This document shows, piece after piece, positions 27,174 through 35,897 of a stretch of 64,000 nt of DNA (its first letter is position 1; the number at the start of each line of letters is the position of its first letter). The stretch comes from an uncultured Collinsella sp. (lineage in GTDB: Bacteria; Actinomycetota; Coriobacteriia; Coriobacteriales; Coriobacteriaceae): positions 75,637-139,636 of the forward strand of contig CABUTN010000001.1 of assembly GCA_902494565.1 (NCBI GenBank), written 5' to 3'. Under the pieces are notes generated by a model that had not been told where the DNA came from, did not search any database, and saw only the letters and a list, made by a program, of their open reading frames with translations. The translations under genes and the position numbers were made by a program.

Positions 27174-27938
27174 CTAGCAAATAACCTGCGTGTGTTCCTC
27201 GATGGCGGCACGATCCTCGGCGGCGATACCCGGTTCGCACACCACGGCGTCCAAGCTGTCCAGGCGGCAGAAGGTGTAGAAGTCGCGCTTGCCGATCTTG
27301 CTGGAGTCGGCGATCAGATAGCGTGAGTCGGCCTTGCTAAAGGCGAGCTGCTGGATACGGCCCTCGTCCATGTTGGACGTAGATACGTCGCCATCCAGAA
27401 TGCCGTTGGCGCCGATAAACGCAGCGTCGATACCCAGTGCACGCAGGGTATCCTCGGCCGTTGGTCCCACAAAAGCGGCGGTGCGGCGACGGTACATACC
27501 GCCCACGAGGCACAGGTCGCAGTCTTCGCGCGCCTCGAGCAGGTTAAACACCGAAAGCGAGTTGGTCACAATGCGCAGGCGACACGCCGGCAGCATCGAG
27601 GCCATCTGTTCCACCGTAGTGCCCGTACCCAAAAAGATGGTCGAGCCCTCCTCGATAAGCTCCACAGCACGGCGCGCAATCTGCAGCTTTTCCTCGGCAT
27701 GCTTAGTGCGCTTTTCGCTGTGCGAATACTCATGGCGCAACATAGCATGGGGACGTCCCTGTGCGCTACGGGCGCCACCGTGCACGCGCTCGATCTCGCC
27801 CAGGCTCGCAAGTTCTTCGAGGTCGCGGCGAATCGTCATATCCGAAACGCCCAGCGCATCCGAAATCTCCTTGACTGAAACCGTGCCCTGCTCTTCGAGC
27901 AGCTGACGAACCTTATCCTGTCGCTCTGCCTTAATCAC
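27174..27938 (-). CDS. DeoR-family transcriptional regulator (LacR-like; role inferred)
   Basis: N-terminal HTH VSVKEISDALGVSDMTIRRDLEEL and a DeoR C-terminal sensor domain. GTG start preceded by GAGGAT. Confidence 0.8.
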   Translation of the reverse strand: MIKAERQDKVRQLLEEQGTVSVKEISDALGVSDMTIRRDLEELASLGEIERVHGGARSAQGRPHAMLRHEYSHSEKRTKHAEEKLQIARRAVELIEEGSTIFLGTGTTVEQMASMLPACRLRIVTNSLSVFNLLEAREDCDLCLVGGMYRRRTAAFVGPTAEDTLRALGIDAAFIGANGILDGDVSTSNMDEGRIQQLAFSKADSRYLIADSSKIGKRDFYTFCRLDSLDAVVCEPGIAAEDRAAIEEHTQVIC

Positions 27939-28144
27939 GATGAATCCTCGCCGTTCTTTGCGCGCATATCATTCAAACAGTAACGAACAAATTGTATCAG
28001 ACTCGCGCGCGTCAAAAATGAACGCCCGCACAGCTCCAATCATCACTTTTTTGAGAAAAATACCCCCTGCTTTAGTGGGGTGTAGTGATAATCTCGCCTG
28101 TTCGCGCTACAGTTTGTCCGAAATACCTCGATGTTAGGAACCAA

Positions 28145-29197
28145 ATGATCACTTCCGAGCTTTTCGGCACCGCGCCGTGCGGTACCCCCGTTCATTGTTA
28201 CACCCTCAACGGGCCCGAGATCTGCGTTCGCATTATGGACTATGGCGCCACCGTGTTGGGCATCGACGTGCCCGACATCCCCGGCAACGCGCGTGATGTG
28301 GTGCTGGGCTTCGATAAGCTCGAGGATTACTTTGACAACCCCGCCTGCTTTGGCGCGACCATCGGCCCCGTGGCCAACCGCACTGCAGGTGCCACGATCA
28401 CCATCGCCGGCACGGACTGGCATATGCCCGCCAACGAGGGCACCAACAACCTGCACAGCGATCTTGAGCATGGTCTGCACAAGCGCGTATGGGACGTTGA
28501 GCTCGACGAGGTCCACAATGCCGTGCGCATGACCACCTCGCTTGAGGACGGTGAGCTGGGCCTTCCCGGCAACCGCACCTTTACGGCCGTGTTTACCGTG
28601 ACGCGCACCGGCTGCTTCCGTATCGAATATGGCTGTGAGAGCGACCGCGCCACGTACGTGTCCATGACCAACCACACGTACTTTAACCTTGCCGGTCACA
28701 ACGCCGGCATGGACTGTGAGCACTTCTTTGTTGCTAACGCTGCCCACTACCTGCCCATCAACGAGCAGAATATCCCCACCGGAGAGATCGCTCCGGTCGA
28801 GGGCACGCCGTTTGACTTCCGTGAGCTGCGCCCCGTCGCGCCCGGCATGGAAGCCGACGACCCGCAGATTAAGCAGGCCCGTGGCTACGACCACTGCCTG
28901 TGCATCGATGGCTATCAGTACGGCCGTAATCTGCGCCGCGCGATGCACGTCGAGGAGATGTGGACCGGCCGTGAGCTGGACTATTACACCACTGCCCCGG
29001 GCGTGCAGCTCTACACCGGCAACTGGCTGGGCGACGAACACGCCAAAGACGATGCCAACTATGGTTGGGGCGCCGGCTTTGCCCTCGAGGCCGAAATGTA
29101 TCCTGACACGCCGCACCATGCGCTGTTCCCCCAGGGCATCGTGGGCCCCGGTCATCCCTACAGCAATGTGATTGAATACCACTTTATGAGGCACTAG
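28145..29197 (+). CDS. galM: Galactose mutarotase (aldose 1-epimerase)
   Basis: ..GATIGPVANR..NNLHSD..GYDHC..FALEAEMYPDTPHH.. Start assigned to the ATG at 28145, with AGGAA upstream. Confidence 0.8.
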   Translation: MITSELFGTAPCGTPVHCYTLNGPEICVRIMDYGATVLGIDVPDIPGNARDVVLGFDKLEDYFDNPACFGATIGPVANRTAGATITIAGTDWHMPANEGTNNLHSDLEHGLHKRVWDVELDEVHNAVRMTTSLEDGELGLPGNRTFTAVFTVTRTGCFRIEYGCESDRATYVSMTNHTYFNLAGHNAGMDCEHFFVANAAHYLPINEQNIPTGEIAPVEGTPFDFRELRPVAPGMEADDPQIKQARGYDHCLCIDGYQYGRNLRRAMHVEEMWTGRELDYYTTAPGVQLYTGNWLGDEHAKDDANYGWGAGFALEAEMYPDTPHHALFPQGIVGPGHPYSNVIEYHFMRH

Positions 29198-29224
29198 GCC
29201 CACAACGCGACATATCGCACAGCA

Positions 29225-29258
29225 ACGCCCGCCGGCACACCGCCGACGGGCGTTTTTC
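29225..29258 (+). terminator. Intrinsic terminator after galM
   Basis: ACGCCCGCCGG..CCGACGGGCGT followed by TTTTT. Confidence 0.75.
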
Positions 29259-29300
29259 ATCTTTTGGGCTCTTTTTCGCTGTGACTGTATGAGTGACATA

Positions 29301-29454
29301 TCAAAACTATGCCCATTTACTACGTTTAGCCCGGGATGCTCGACCATGCACCGGTTTTTGTTAAATGCGCGAGCCGTCTACCTGCGGTTTTGTTTTTCTC
29401 AAATTCGACATGCTCGGCGATAACCGATCAAACGTAGTAAATGGGCATAGTTTT
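29301..29454. repeat. Element of about 155 bp bounded by a perfect 25-bp inverted repeat (MITE-like, second family)
   Basis: AAAACTATGCCCATTTACTACGTTT at 29303-29327 and its exact reverse complement at 29430-29454. Confidence 0.75.
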
Positions 29455-29521
29455 TGACAGGCGGCATCGCGCGCGTCCCTCGCAAGGGCAAAATGATCCG
29501 TTTTCCTCCGTCCCCAAGGGA

Positions 29522-30004
29522 TCAGTTGAACAGATTGTCGATGGGATCGGGGGCGGAACTGGGGAGATAGCGGATTTCTAGCTCTATGCCGAGTTCTTGC
29601 AGCTCTTTGAAGGCGGCGATGTCCATATCGTCTACGGCAACGGCAGGCGTTGCAGAGCGTTTGCCCTCCCCTGTCTGCATATGGCCAATGCTGATCTTGG
29701 TTATTGGCACACCACCCTTAACCAGCGCGAGCGCATCTGCGGGTGAGGCCACCATGACCAGAATCCATTGACGCGGCGTTGCGGTATGAATGATATCGAT
29801 GGTCCTTTGCACCGAGAAAAACCGTGTCCAAACGCCTTCTGGCGCCGCCACCCTCATGGGTGCCCATTGGCGCGAATCCGCCGCGATCTCATCGTTGACG
29901 ATTAGGACAAGGTTGGAACCAGTCGCCTCGTTCCACAGCTCAATGTCTTGCCCGCAAATAAACCGGTCGTCGATGCGTGTGAGAAGAATCTTGGGTTGAG
30001 CCAT
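29522..30004 (-). CDS. Orphan PTS mannose/sorbose-family IIB-like protein with Cys in place of the phospho-His
   Basis: ILLTRIDDRFICGQD aligns with the canonical RIDDRLIHGQV; compare RIDFRLIHGQV in the IIB at 39852-40316. The start is the ATG at 30004. Confidence 0.7.
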   Translation of the reverse strand: MAQPKILLTRIDDRFICGQDIELWNEATGSNLVLIVNDEIAADSRQWAPMRVAAPEGVWTRFFSVQRTIDIIHTATPRQWILVMVASPADALALVKGGVPITKISIGHMQTGEGKRSATPAVAVDDMDIAAFKELQELGIELEIRYLPSSAPDPIDNLFN

Positions 30005-30161
30005 CGCCACCCCATTCTGTTTGAGACCCGTAAGAGCAAGACATCGCGTCTCCAATATTAGTGCATTTAAAGTGAGAAAAGCCGTCAGAACACTTGCGCG
30101 GATGTGCGATGTCCCGTATCATAGACAGCCGTTGACGCCTCAGTTGCGTCATCATATGGCC

Positions 30162-30237
30162 GCCAGCGTAGCTCAGTTGGTAGAGCACCGCTCTCGTAAA
30201 GCGGGGGTCACCGGTTCGAGCCCGGTCGCTGGCTCCA
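30162..30237 (+). tRNA. tRNA-Thr (anticodon CGU), CCA encoded
   Basis: Manual cloverleaf: acceptor GCCAGCG/CGCTGGC, D arm GCTC/GAGC, anticodon stem CCGCT/AGCGG with loop CTCGTAA, T arm ACCGG-TTCGAGC-CCGGT. Confidence 0.9.
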
Positions 30238-30248
30238 TTGCACAAGAT

Positions 30249-30272
30249 AGCCGCCTTTGGGCGGCTTTTTTG
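30249..30272 (+). terminator. Intrinsic terminator after tRNA-Thr
   Basis: AGCCGCC TTTG GGCGGCT followed by TTTTTT. Confidence 0.8.
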
Positions 30273-30341
30273 TTGTCGATTATGGGCGCGCGCCAATCCA
30301 CGCATCGCCACGTCGATCGCTTCCTACTCAAAAACAGAAAA

Positions 30342-30416
30342 CCCCACCAAACGTGATTTCCCTTAGGGAAACACGCTTGGCGGGGTCGTAGCGTGATTCC
30401 CCTAGGGGAATCACGC
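30342..30416 (-). repeat. Dual palindromic hairpin module (GTGATTCCCCTAGGGGAAWCAC type), copy A
   Basis: Hairpins at 30342-30385 and 30391-30416. Near-identical to 42495-42569. Confidence 0.75.
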
Positions 30417-30478
30417 CATCAGACGAACAGCTCAACCGAGCAGCTCGTTACTCCTCCCAGTAAGCGTCGGCAAGCAGC

Positions 30479-30605
30479 TTACTCGGCGAACGCATTACCA
30501 AAGCTGTTGCCGCCCACATACGTCTCGACCAGGGTAAGGTCGGGATTGAACACGACTGTGTCAGCGTCGCGCTCCGGCATAATGCTACTGCACTTATCGT
30601 CGACA
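30479..30605 (-). pseudogene. 3' remnant of a nagA paralog, preceded (30451-30480) by the last ~10 codons of a yhcH-like gene
   Basis: By-eye nucleotide alignment to 43107-43233 (nagA 3' end) and to 42601-42633 (yhcH 3' end). The intervening yhcH body is absent. Confidence 0.75.
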
Positions 30606-30643
30606 GGAGCTAGCAAGCGATGCCGGGGCCGACGCCCAAGCCC

Positions 30644-31579
30644 TTACAGCTCGGTCACGACAACGCCGTTGTAGACCTCGTCCCAACGGTCCATGACCAG
30701 ATGGCCAGTCATGGGATCCATGGCATTGAGCTTGCCGCAGGTGTTGGCGGTACGCAGCACCGTCTCGTCGTCTGCGCCAGCAGCAATGGCATGCGCGAAG
30801 CCAGCGATAGTGGAGTCACCAGAGCCCGTGGCGTTAACGGCAGGGATATCGGGCGTCTTTGCGCGGAACGCACGGCCATTGTGGAAGCCAACGGAGCCGG
30901 CAGCGCCCATGGACACGACGACCCAGGGGATATCGGAGAAGCGGGCATCAGAGGCGAGCGCGGCGCGGAGCTCGTCCACATCGTCGGTAGTAAAGCTCGT
31001 GCCCAGAAGGCCGTTGATCTCGGTCAGGTTAGGCTTGACCAGCTCGGGCTTAATTTCGGACTTAAGGGCGGCCTCGAGCGAAGCACCCGAGGTATCGAGC
31101 AGCACCTTGGCACCGGCGTTCTCGGCAATGCCCGTGATCTTGGCATAGTAGTCTGCCTCGACACCGCGGGGTAGCGAACCCGAGATGGTAACGACAGCGG
31201 CCTTGCCCGCAAGCTCAGTAAACTTGGCGGTAAAGGCATCGAGCTCCTCGGGGGCAATCGTCGGGCCGCTCTCGAGCAGCTCGGTCTGGTTGCCGGCGTG
31301 GAGGATGTTGAGGCAAATACGAGTCTCGCCCTTGATGAGTACAAAATCATTCTTAATGCCGTTGGCATCCATGAGCTCAGCCATGTAGGCGCCCATGTGG
31401 CCACCGAGCAGACCGGTCGCCACAACGTCGTCGCCCAGCTGACCCAGCACACGGGCCACGTTGAGGCCCTTGCCGCCAGCGGTCTTTTCGGGCGTCACAC
31501 GGTTAACGTCGTCGATAATGAGCTCATCGAGCTGATAGCGCGTATCGACAGACGGGTTCATCGTAACGGTGAGGATCAT
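30644..31579 (-). CDS. lacC: Tagatose-6-phosphate kinase / PfkB kinase, second copy
   Basis: 311 aa, collinear with and highly similar to the 1025-1960 product. Confidence 0.8.
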   Translation of the reverse strand: MILTVTMNPSVDTRYQLDELIIDDVNRVTPEKTAGGKGLNVARVLGQLGDDVVATGLLGGHMGAYMAELMDANGIKNDFVLIKGETRICLNILHAGNQTELLESGPTIAPEELDAFTAKFTELAGKAAVVTISGSLPRGVEADYYAKITGIAENAGAKVLLDTSGASLEAALKSEIKPELVKPNLTEINGLLGTSFTTDDVDELRAALASDARFSDIPWVVVSMGAAGSVGFHNGRAFRAKTPDIPAVNATGSGDSTIAGFAHAIAAGADDETVLRTANTCGKLNAMDPMTGHLVMDRWDEVYNGVVVTEL

Positions 31580-31638
31580 TTTTAGCTCCTTATCTCGCAG
31601 GCTCCTTGTGCCTCGCGATACGAGTCGACAAAACGGAA

Positions 31639-32520
31639 TTACAGAATCTCAATCGTGAACGAGCGAACGACGGTCTCCTTGGGCTTGGCGACAAGGCAGC
31701 CGCGCTTATGCTCAAGTACGTCGTCCTCATCGGAACAGGTCGAGAGGCCACCCCAGGGTTCAACTGCCACAAAATCGCCCTCGGGCTTACTCCACACAAT
31801 GAGATACGGGAAGCCCTCAAAGCTCAGGCGGACGCCCTTGTCCTCCCCCTTCTTAGAAAGCGTGACCTGGCGGCTCTCGAGCACGTCAAAGATGGTCTCC
31901 GCAAAATCGAAGAGCTCGTGCGACAGGGGCAGCGTCTTTCCCACCATGGGGTTCTTGGAGCGGTTTGCCACGTCAATCAAGCCAGTCGAAGGGACGGCAG
32001 TGCAAAGCTCAGCAGCCTCGTCCTTCTCAAAGCGCAGCTCGTAGTCCGTATAGGCCTCGCCCTCATCGAGCGGACACCTAAAGCCGGGATGACCGCCGAT
32101 AAAGAACGGCATGTCCTCGGTGCCCTCGTTGGTGACCTCGTAGGAAACGCGCACGGTAGCGTCCTCGAGCGTATAGCGGGCGACAAGCTTAAACGGATAC
32201 GGATAATCGCTCAGCAGCGCGGCGTTATCCTCCGAAGCCAGGCACATCGCCAGCTCGTTCTCGCTCTGGCTCAGCAGCTTCCACTCTTGCTTGCGCGCAA
32301 ACCCGTGGCGGGCGAGCTTCACGTGATGCCCGGCAAACGTCATGGCATTGTTGTCGCGCAAGCCTCCGCAAATCGGGAAGCAAATCGGTGCCTGGCCGGA
32401 CCACACTGCGGGATCGCCCTGCCACAAATACTCGCGACCTCCGGCCTCGATCGAGGTAAACGAACCACCAGCCGTGGACACCTTAATAGAAATCGAATCG
32501 TTGGAGAGAGCGTATTCCAT
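31639..32520 (-). CDS. lacX: Aldose 1-epimerase family protein (LacX-like), second copy
   Basis: 293 aa, collinear with the 2014-2895 product. Confidence 0.75.
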   Translation of the reverse strand: MEYALSNDSISIKVSTAGGSFTSIEAGGREYLWQGDPAVWSGQAPICFPICGGLRDNNAMTFAGHHVKLARHGFARKQEWKLLSQSENELAMCLASEDNAALLSDYPYPFKLVARYTLEDATVRVSYEVTNEGTEDMPFFIGGHPGFRCPLDEGEAYTDYELRFEKDEAAELCTAVPSTGLIDVANRSKNPMVGKTLPLSHELFDFAETIFDVLESRQVTLSKKGEDKGVRLSFEGFPYLIVWSKPEGDFVAVEPWGGLSTCSDEDDVLEHKRGCLVAKPKETVVRSFTIEIL

Positions 32521-32675
32521 TGCCCATCCTTTCGAACAACTGCTTTTGCTCGCAAGTACCTGTCTCGGCCCTGACCAAAGGACAAACCCGCACGTTCACC
32601 GATGCATCCGGTATCCCAGGCATGCGACGGGGCACCATACAGACATTGATGCAATTACAGCTGAAAGGCCTTCTT

Positions 32676-33259
32676 ATGCGAACCATCATCCTCTATGCCT
32701 CGCGCCACCACGGCAATACAAAAAGCTCGTGGACGCCATCGTCGAGGCGCACCCCGAAATCGATACCCTCGACGTCAAGGCGCTTGGCAAAAACGAGTAC
32801 CCCGACCTGCACGAATACCATCTGATTGGCGTCGCCACGGGCATCTATTACTCCGAGATCGACAAGGACATGGCACGCGTGCTCACTAACGTGCTGCAGC
32901 CGCAGAACAAGGTGTTTGGCCTTATGACCTACGGTGGCAAAAACAAGTGGTACGGCAAGGATATCGATGGTATCTGCCGCATGAGGCAGGCCATCTTTAT
33001 GGAGGTCTACGGCTGCCCCGGCTTTGATACGTGGGGGCCGTTCAAACTCACCGGCGGTGTCCAAAAAGGACACCCGACCGCTGAAGAAATTAAGGGCGCC
33101 GTCGACTTCTTCGACAAGATCGAAGACGAGTACGGCGACATCATCGTCGAAGAGTATGCCAAGCGCGAGAAGCGTCTAGCCTACGAGAAGGAGCATCCTG
33201 TAGGAGGCCTGGTGGCCGGCGTCAAGCGCACGGCAAAGAAGATCGCTAACAAGCTGTAA
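32676..33259 (+). pseudogene. Flavodoxin-family protein interrupted by a 1-nt frameshift in an A-run near 32720-32724
   Basis: MRTIILYASRHHGNT is read from the ATG at 32676. The continuation KKLVDAIVEAHPEIDTL.. is in the next frame. One additional A would restore HHGNTKKLVDAI. Confidence 0.6.
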
Positions 33260-33292
33260 CTGTAAAGGTGCTTTTGAGCGTTTAACCCATAC

Positions 33293-33327
33293 GGCGGGTC
33301 CGAGCAGATTCGGGCCCGCCGTTTTTT
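33293..33327 (+). terminator. Intrinsic terminator after the flavodoxin-like gene
   Basis: GGCGGGTCCG..CGGGCCCGCC followed by GTTTTTT. Confidence 0.75.
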
Positions 33328-33333
33328 CTATCG

Positions 33334-34503
33334 TTACTCGGTAAAGGCGTTGCCGACGCTCTGACCGCCAACATACGTCTCGACGAGAGTGAGCTCATGG
33401 TCGAACACGACAAAGTCGGCGTCGCGACCCGGCATGATGCTGCCGCACTTATCCTCGATGTGCGCAGAGCGAGCCGGCACCTCGGTTGCCATGCGAATGG
33501 CGATATCGGCGCTGGCGATGCCCCAGTCGACGATGTTCTTGACGCCCTGGGCAAGCGTGAGCACCGAGCCGGCAATGCTCTTGCCGTCGGCGAGCCAGCA
33601 CAGGTTGTCCTTCATGATGACGTCCATGCCACCACTGGTGTAGCTGCCCTCGGGCATGCCGCCGCAACCCAGGCAGTCGGTAATGAGCACCGTGTGCTGC
33701 CAGCCCTTGGCCTGCAGCAGCGCCTTGATGGCAGCAGGGTTAACGTGCTTGCCGTCACAGATGATCTCGGCGTAGGTCTCGGGCGTGGACATGGCAGCGC
33801 CCACGACACCGGGCTCACGGTGATGCAGCCCGCGCTGGCCGTTATAGGTATGCGTAAAGCAGCTGGCACCGGCGTTGATGGCAGCGATGCACTCATCGTA
33901 GGTGGCGTCGGAGTGACCGATGCTGGTCACCACACCCTTGGCGTTCAGAGCAGCCGCATAAGCAGCGGCACCGTCGCGCTCGGCCGCCATGGCGCTCTTG
34001 ACGATGCGACCACCCGCAGCCTCCTGCCACTGATCAAAGATCTCCTCGGAGGGATCGATAAGATAAGCGGGGTTCTGCGCGCCCACGTGCTTCATGGTAA
34101 AGAAGGGGCCCTCCAGGTAGATGCCCTGAATGCGAGCACCGCAGAAGTCGGGGCCGCGACCCTCGTCCGCCTGAGCGATGGCGGCGCAGGCGTCCTTGAT
34201 CTGTTCGACGCCATCGGTGAACGTCGTGGGCAGCCAGCTGGTGGTACCGCGACGGGCGAGCTCGGTCGAGCTGATATCGATGCCCACGGGATCATTATCG
34301 GTAGTTGAGTGGTTGTAGAAGCCATGGATGTGAGTATCGACCATACCCGGTGCGATCCACGACCCCGTGTAGTCCTTAATCTCGCAAGAGGGCTCGTCGG
34401 CCTGCCAGGCGCCAAAGACGCCATCCTCGACCATAAGATAGCCGCCCAGTTGCGGGCCTGCCGGCAAGAAGAACTTGTCAGCCTTAATTGCGTACGTGCT
34501 CAT
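33334..34503 (-). CDS. nagA: N-acetylglucosamine/galactosamine-6-phosphate deacetylase, copy 1
   Basis: ..GMVDTHIHGF..IGHSDATYDE..HTYNGQRGLHHREPG.. amidohydrolase pattern. The ATG at 34503 is preceded by AAGGAG. Confidence 0.85.
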   Translation of the reverse strand: MSTYAIKADKFFLPAGPQLGGYLMVEDGVFGAWQADEPSCEIKDYTGSWIAPGMVDTHIHGFYNHSTTDNDPVGIDISSTELARRGTTSWLPTTFTDGVEQIKDACAAIAQADEGRGPDFCGARIQGIYLEGPFFTMKHVGAQNPAYLIDPSEEIFDQWQEAAGGRIVKSAMAAERDGAAAYAAALNAKGVVTSIGHSDATYDECIAAINAGASCFTHTYNGQRGLHHREPGVVGAAMSTPETYAEIICDGKHVNPAAIKALLQAKGWQHTVLITDCLGCGGMPEGSYTSGGMDVIMKDNLCWLADGKSIAGSVLTLAQGVKNIVDWGIASADIAIRMATEVPARSAHIEDKCGSIMPGRDADFVVFDHELTLVETYVGGQSVGNAFTE

Positions 34504-34560
34504 ATGCACTCCTTGCTTCTAAAGCAGTTGACTGTGGTGATGCTATACCCAGCTCAGGTA

Positions 34561-34601
34561 AAACAAAAAGCGCCCGCCCGCCGTTATGAGCGGACGGGCG
34601 C
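34561..34601 (-). terminator. Intrinsic terminator between agaS and nagA
   Basis: GCGCCCGTCCGC..GCGGGCGGGCGC followed by TTTTTGTTT on the minus strand. Confidence 0.7.
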
Positions 34602-34619
34602 CCTTACAGAGGGACGCGA

Positions 34620-35786
34620 TTAAGCGGTGAAGGGGTGAATCGTCACGCCCTTGACCACGCGGTTGACCGTGCCGGTGGGGCTCGGCGTATCGGGTGTGTT
34701 GCCCACGCGCACGGAGTTGAGCAGGCTGATGGCCTGGGCAAACATCACGAACGGCAGAGCGAGGTAGCCCTCGGGAAGCGCTTCGTAGCCCTTAAAGGTG
34801 AAGGACTCACCCTCATAGACGGTGGCACCTTCCTGCTGAACGGCGATGGTGTGCTGAGCGATCTCGTCGCCACCGATCTCGTTGAGGATGTCGATGTCGT
34901 ACTGACGGGTGTAGGCGTCGTTGTTGACGAACACGAAGACGAGCGTCTTATCGTCGACGAAGGACTTAGGTCCATGACGATAGCCCATGGAGGTGTCGTA
35001 GGAAGTAGCGACCAGACCGTGAGCCAGCTCGAGGATCTTGAGCTGGCTCTCCTGGGCAAGGCCACCGAAGGAGCCAGAACCCAAGTAGGTCACGCGGTTG
35101 AAGTCGCCAGCCAGGTAATCGGCGATCTCGGGCTCACGGGAGATGACCTCCTCGCCCATCTTGGCGATGGTCTCGACCCACTCGGCCTTCTGCTCGTCAG
35201 AGGCAGTGTCGAAAATAAGGGTGGAGAGCAGGGTCATGCAGGAATAAGAACCGGTCATGGCGAAGCCCTTGTCGTTGGCGCGCGGAATGAGCAGCGTCAG
35301 CGCGTTGGGATCATCGGCAGACTCGACAGCGAGCTTGCCCTCGGGAGCGCAGGTGATGTTGAGGAACTTGACGTTGTGGACGAGCTCCTTGGCAACGGCA
35401 ACGGCGGCAAGGCTCTCGGGGCTGTTGCCAGAGCGGGCAAAGGAAACCACGAGCGTGGGATCCTCGGCGCGCAGAAAGTCGCGCGGGGCGCTCACGATGT
35501 CGGTCGTGGCGATGGGCTTAAAGTCGTAGAGATCAGTGTTGCCAGCGTGACGCAGGTACGGGGCGCAGGTATCGCCAACGTAGTCGGACGTACCGGCACC
35601 GGTGAAGACAACGGACAGACGACCCTCGTCCATGGCGCGAGCCTCGGCCAGGAAGGCCTCGATGGCCTCCTTGTTCTCGCGATAGATGTTGAGCGTATCA
35701 CGCCAAAGCTCGGGCTGCTGAGCAATCTCGGCCGTGGTGATCTGGGCGCCGAGCTCGGTGAGCTCCTCGACACTCTTCTCGAACAT
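34620..35786 (-). CDS. agaS: SIS-domain sugar-phosphate isomerase/deaminase (AgaS-like)
   Basis: 388 aa with two SIS-like halves. The N-terminus ..ITTAEIAQQPELWRDTL.. is typical of AgaS. Confidence 0.75.
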   Translation of the reverse strand: MFEKSVEELTELGAQITTAEIAQQPELWRDTLNIYRENKEAIEAFLAEARAMDEGRLSVVFTGAGTSDYVGDTCAPYLRHAGNTDLYDFKPIATTDIVSAPRDFLRAEDPTLVVSFARSGNSPESLAAVAVAKELVHNVKFLNITCAPEGKLAVESADDPNALTLLIPRANDKGFAMTGSYSCMTLLSTLIFDTASDEQKAEWVETIAKMGEEVISREPEIADYLAGDFNRVTYLGSGSFGGLAQESQLKILELAHGLVATSYDTSMGYRHGPKSFVDDKTLVFVFVNNDAYTRQYDIDILNEIGGDEIAQHTIAVQQEGATVYEGESFTFKGYEALPEGYLALPFVMFAQAISLLNSVRVGNTPDTPSPTGTVNRVVKGVTIHPFTA

Positions 35787-35897
35787 TTCTAATACCTCTT
35801 TCTTTACTAAATTGTCTGATATATAAAGACTTAATCTGAAAAGTTAAATCGGGTAGTAGTCATAGGCTGTTTTTCTTTCGTTAACACTCGTATCCGA

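Noticed and set aside
32342-32675. 5' portion of the 305-aa plus-strand ORF (32342-33259).
   Set aside because: This part is antisense to lacX copy 2 and to intergenic DNA. The recognisable flavodoxin N-terminus starts at the ATG at 32676 in a different frame, so the long ORF is an artefact of the frameshift.
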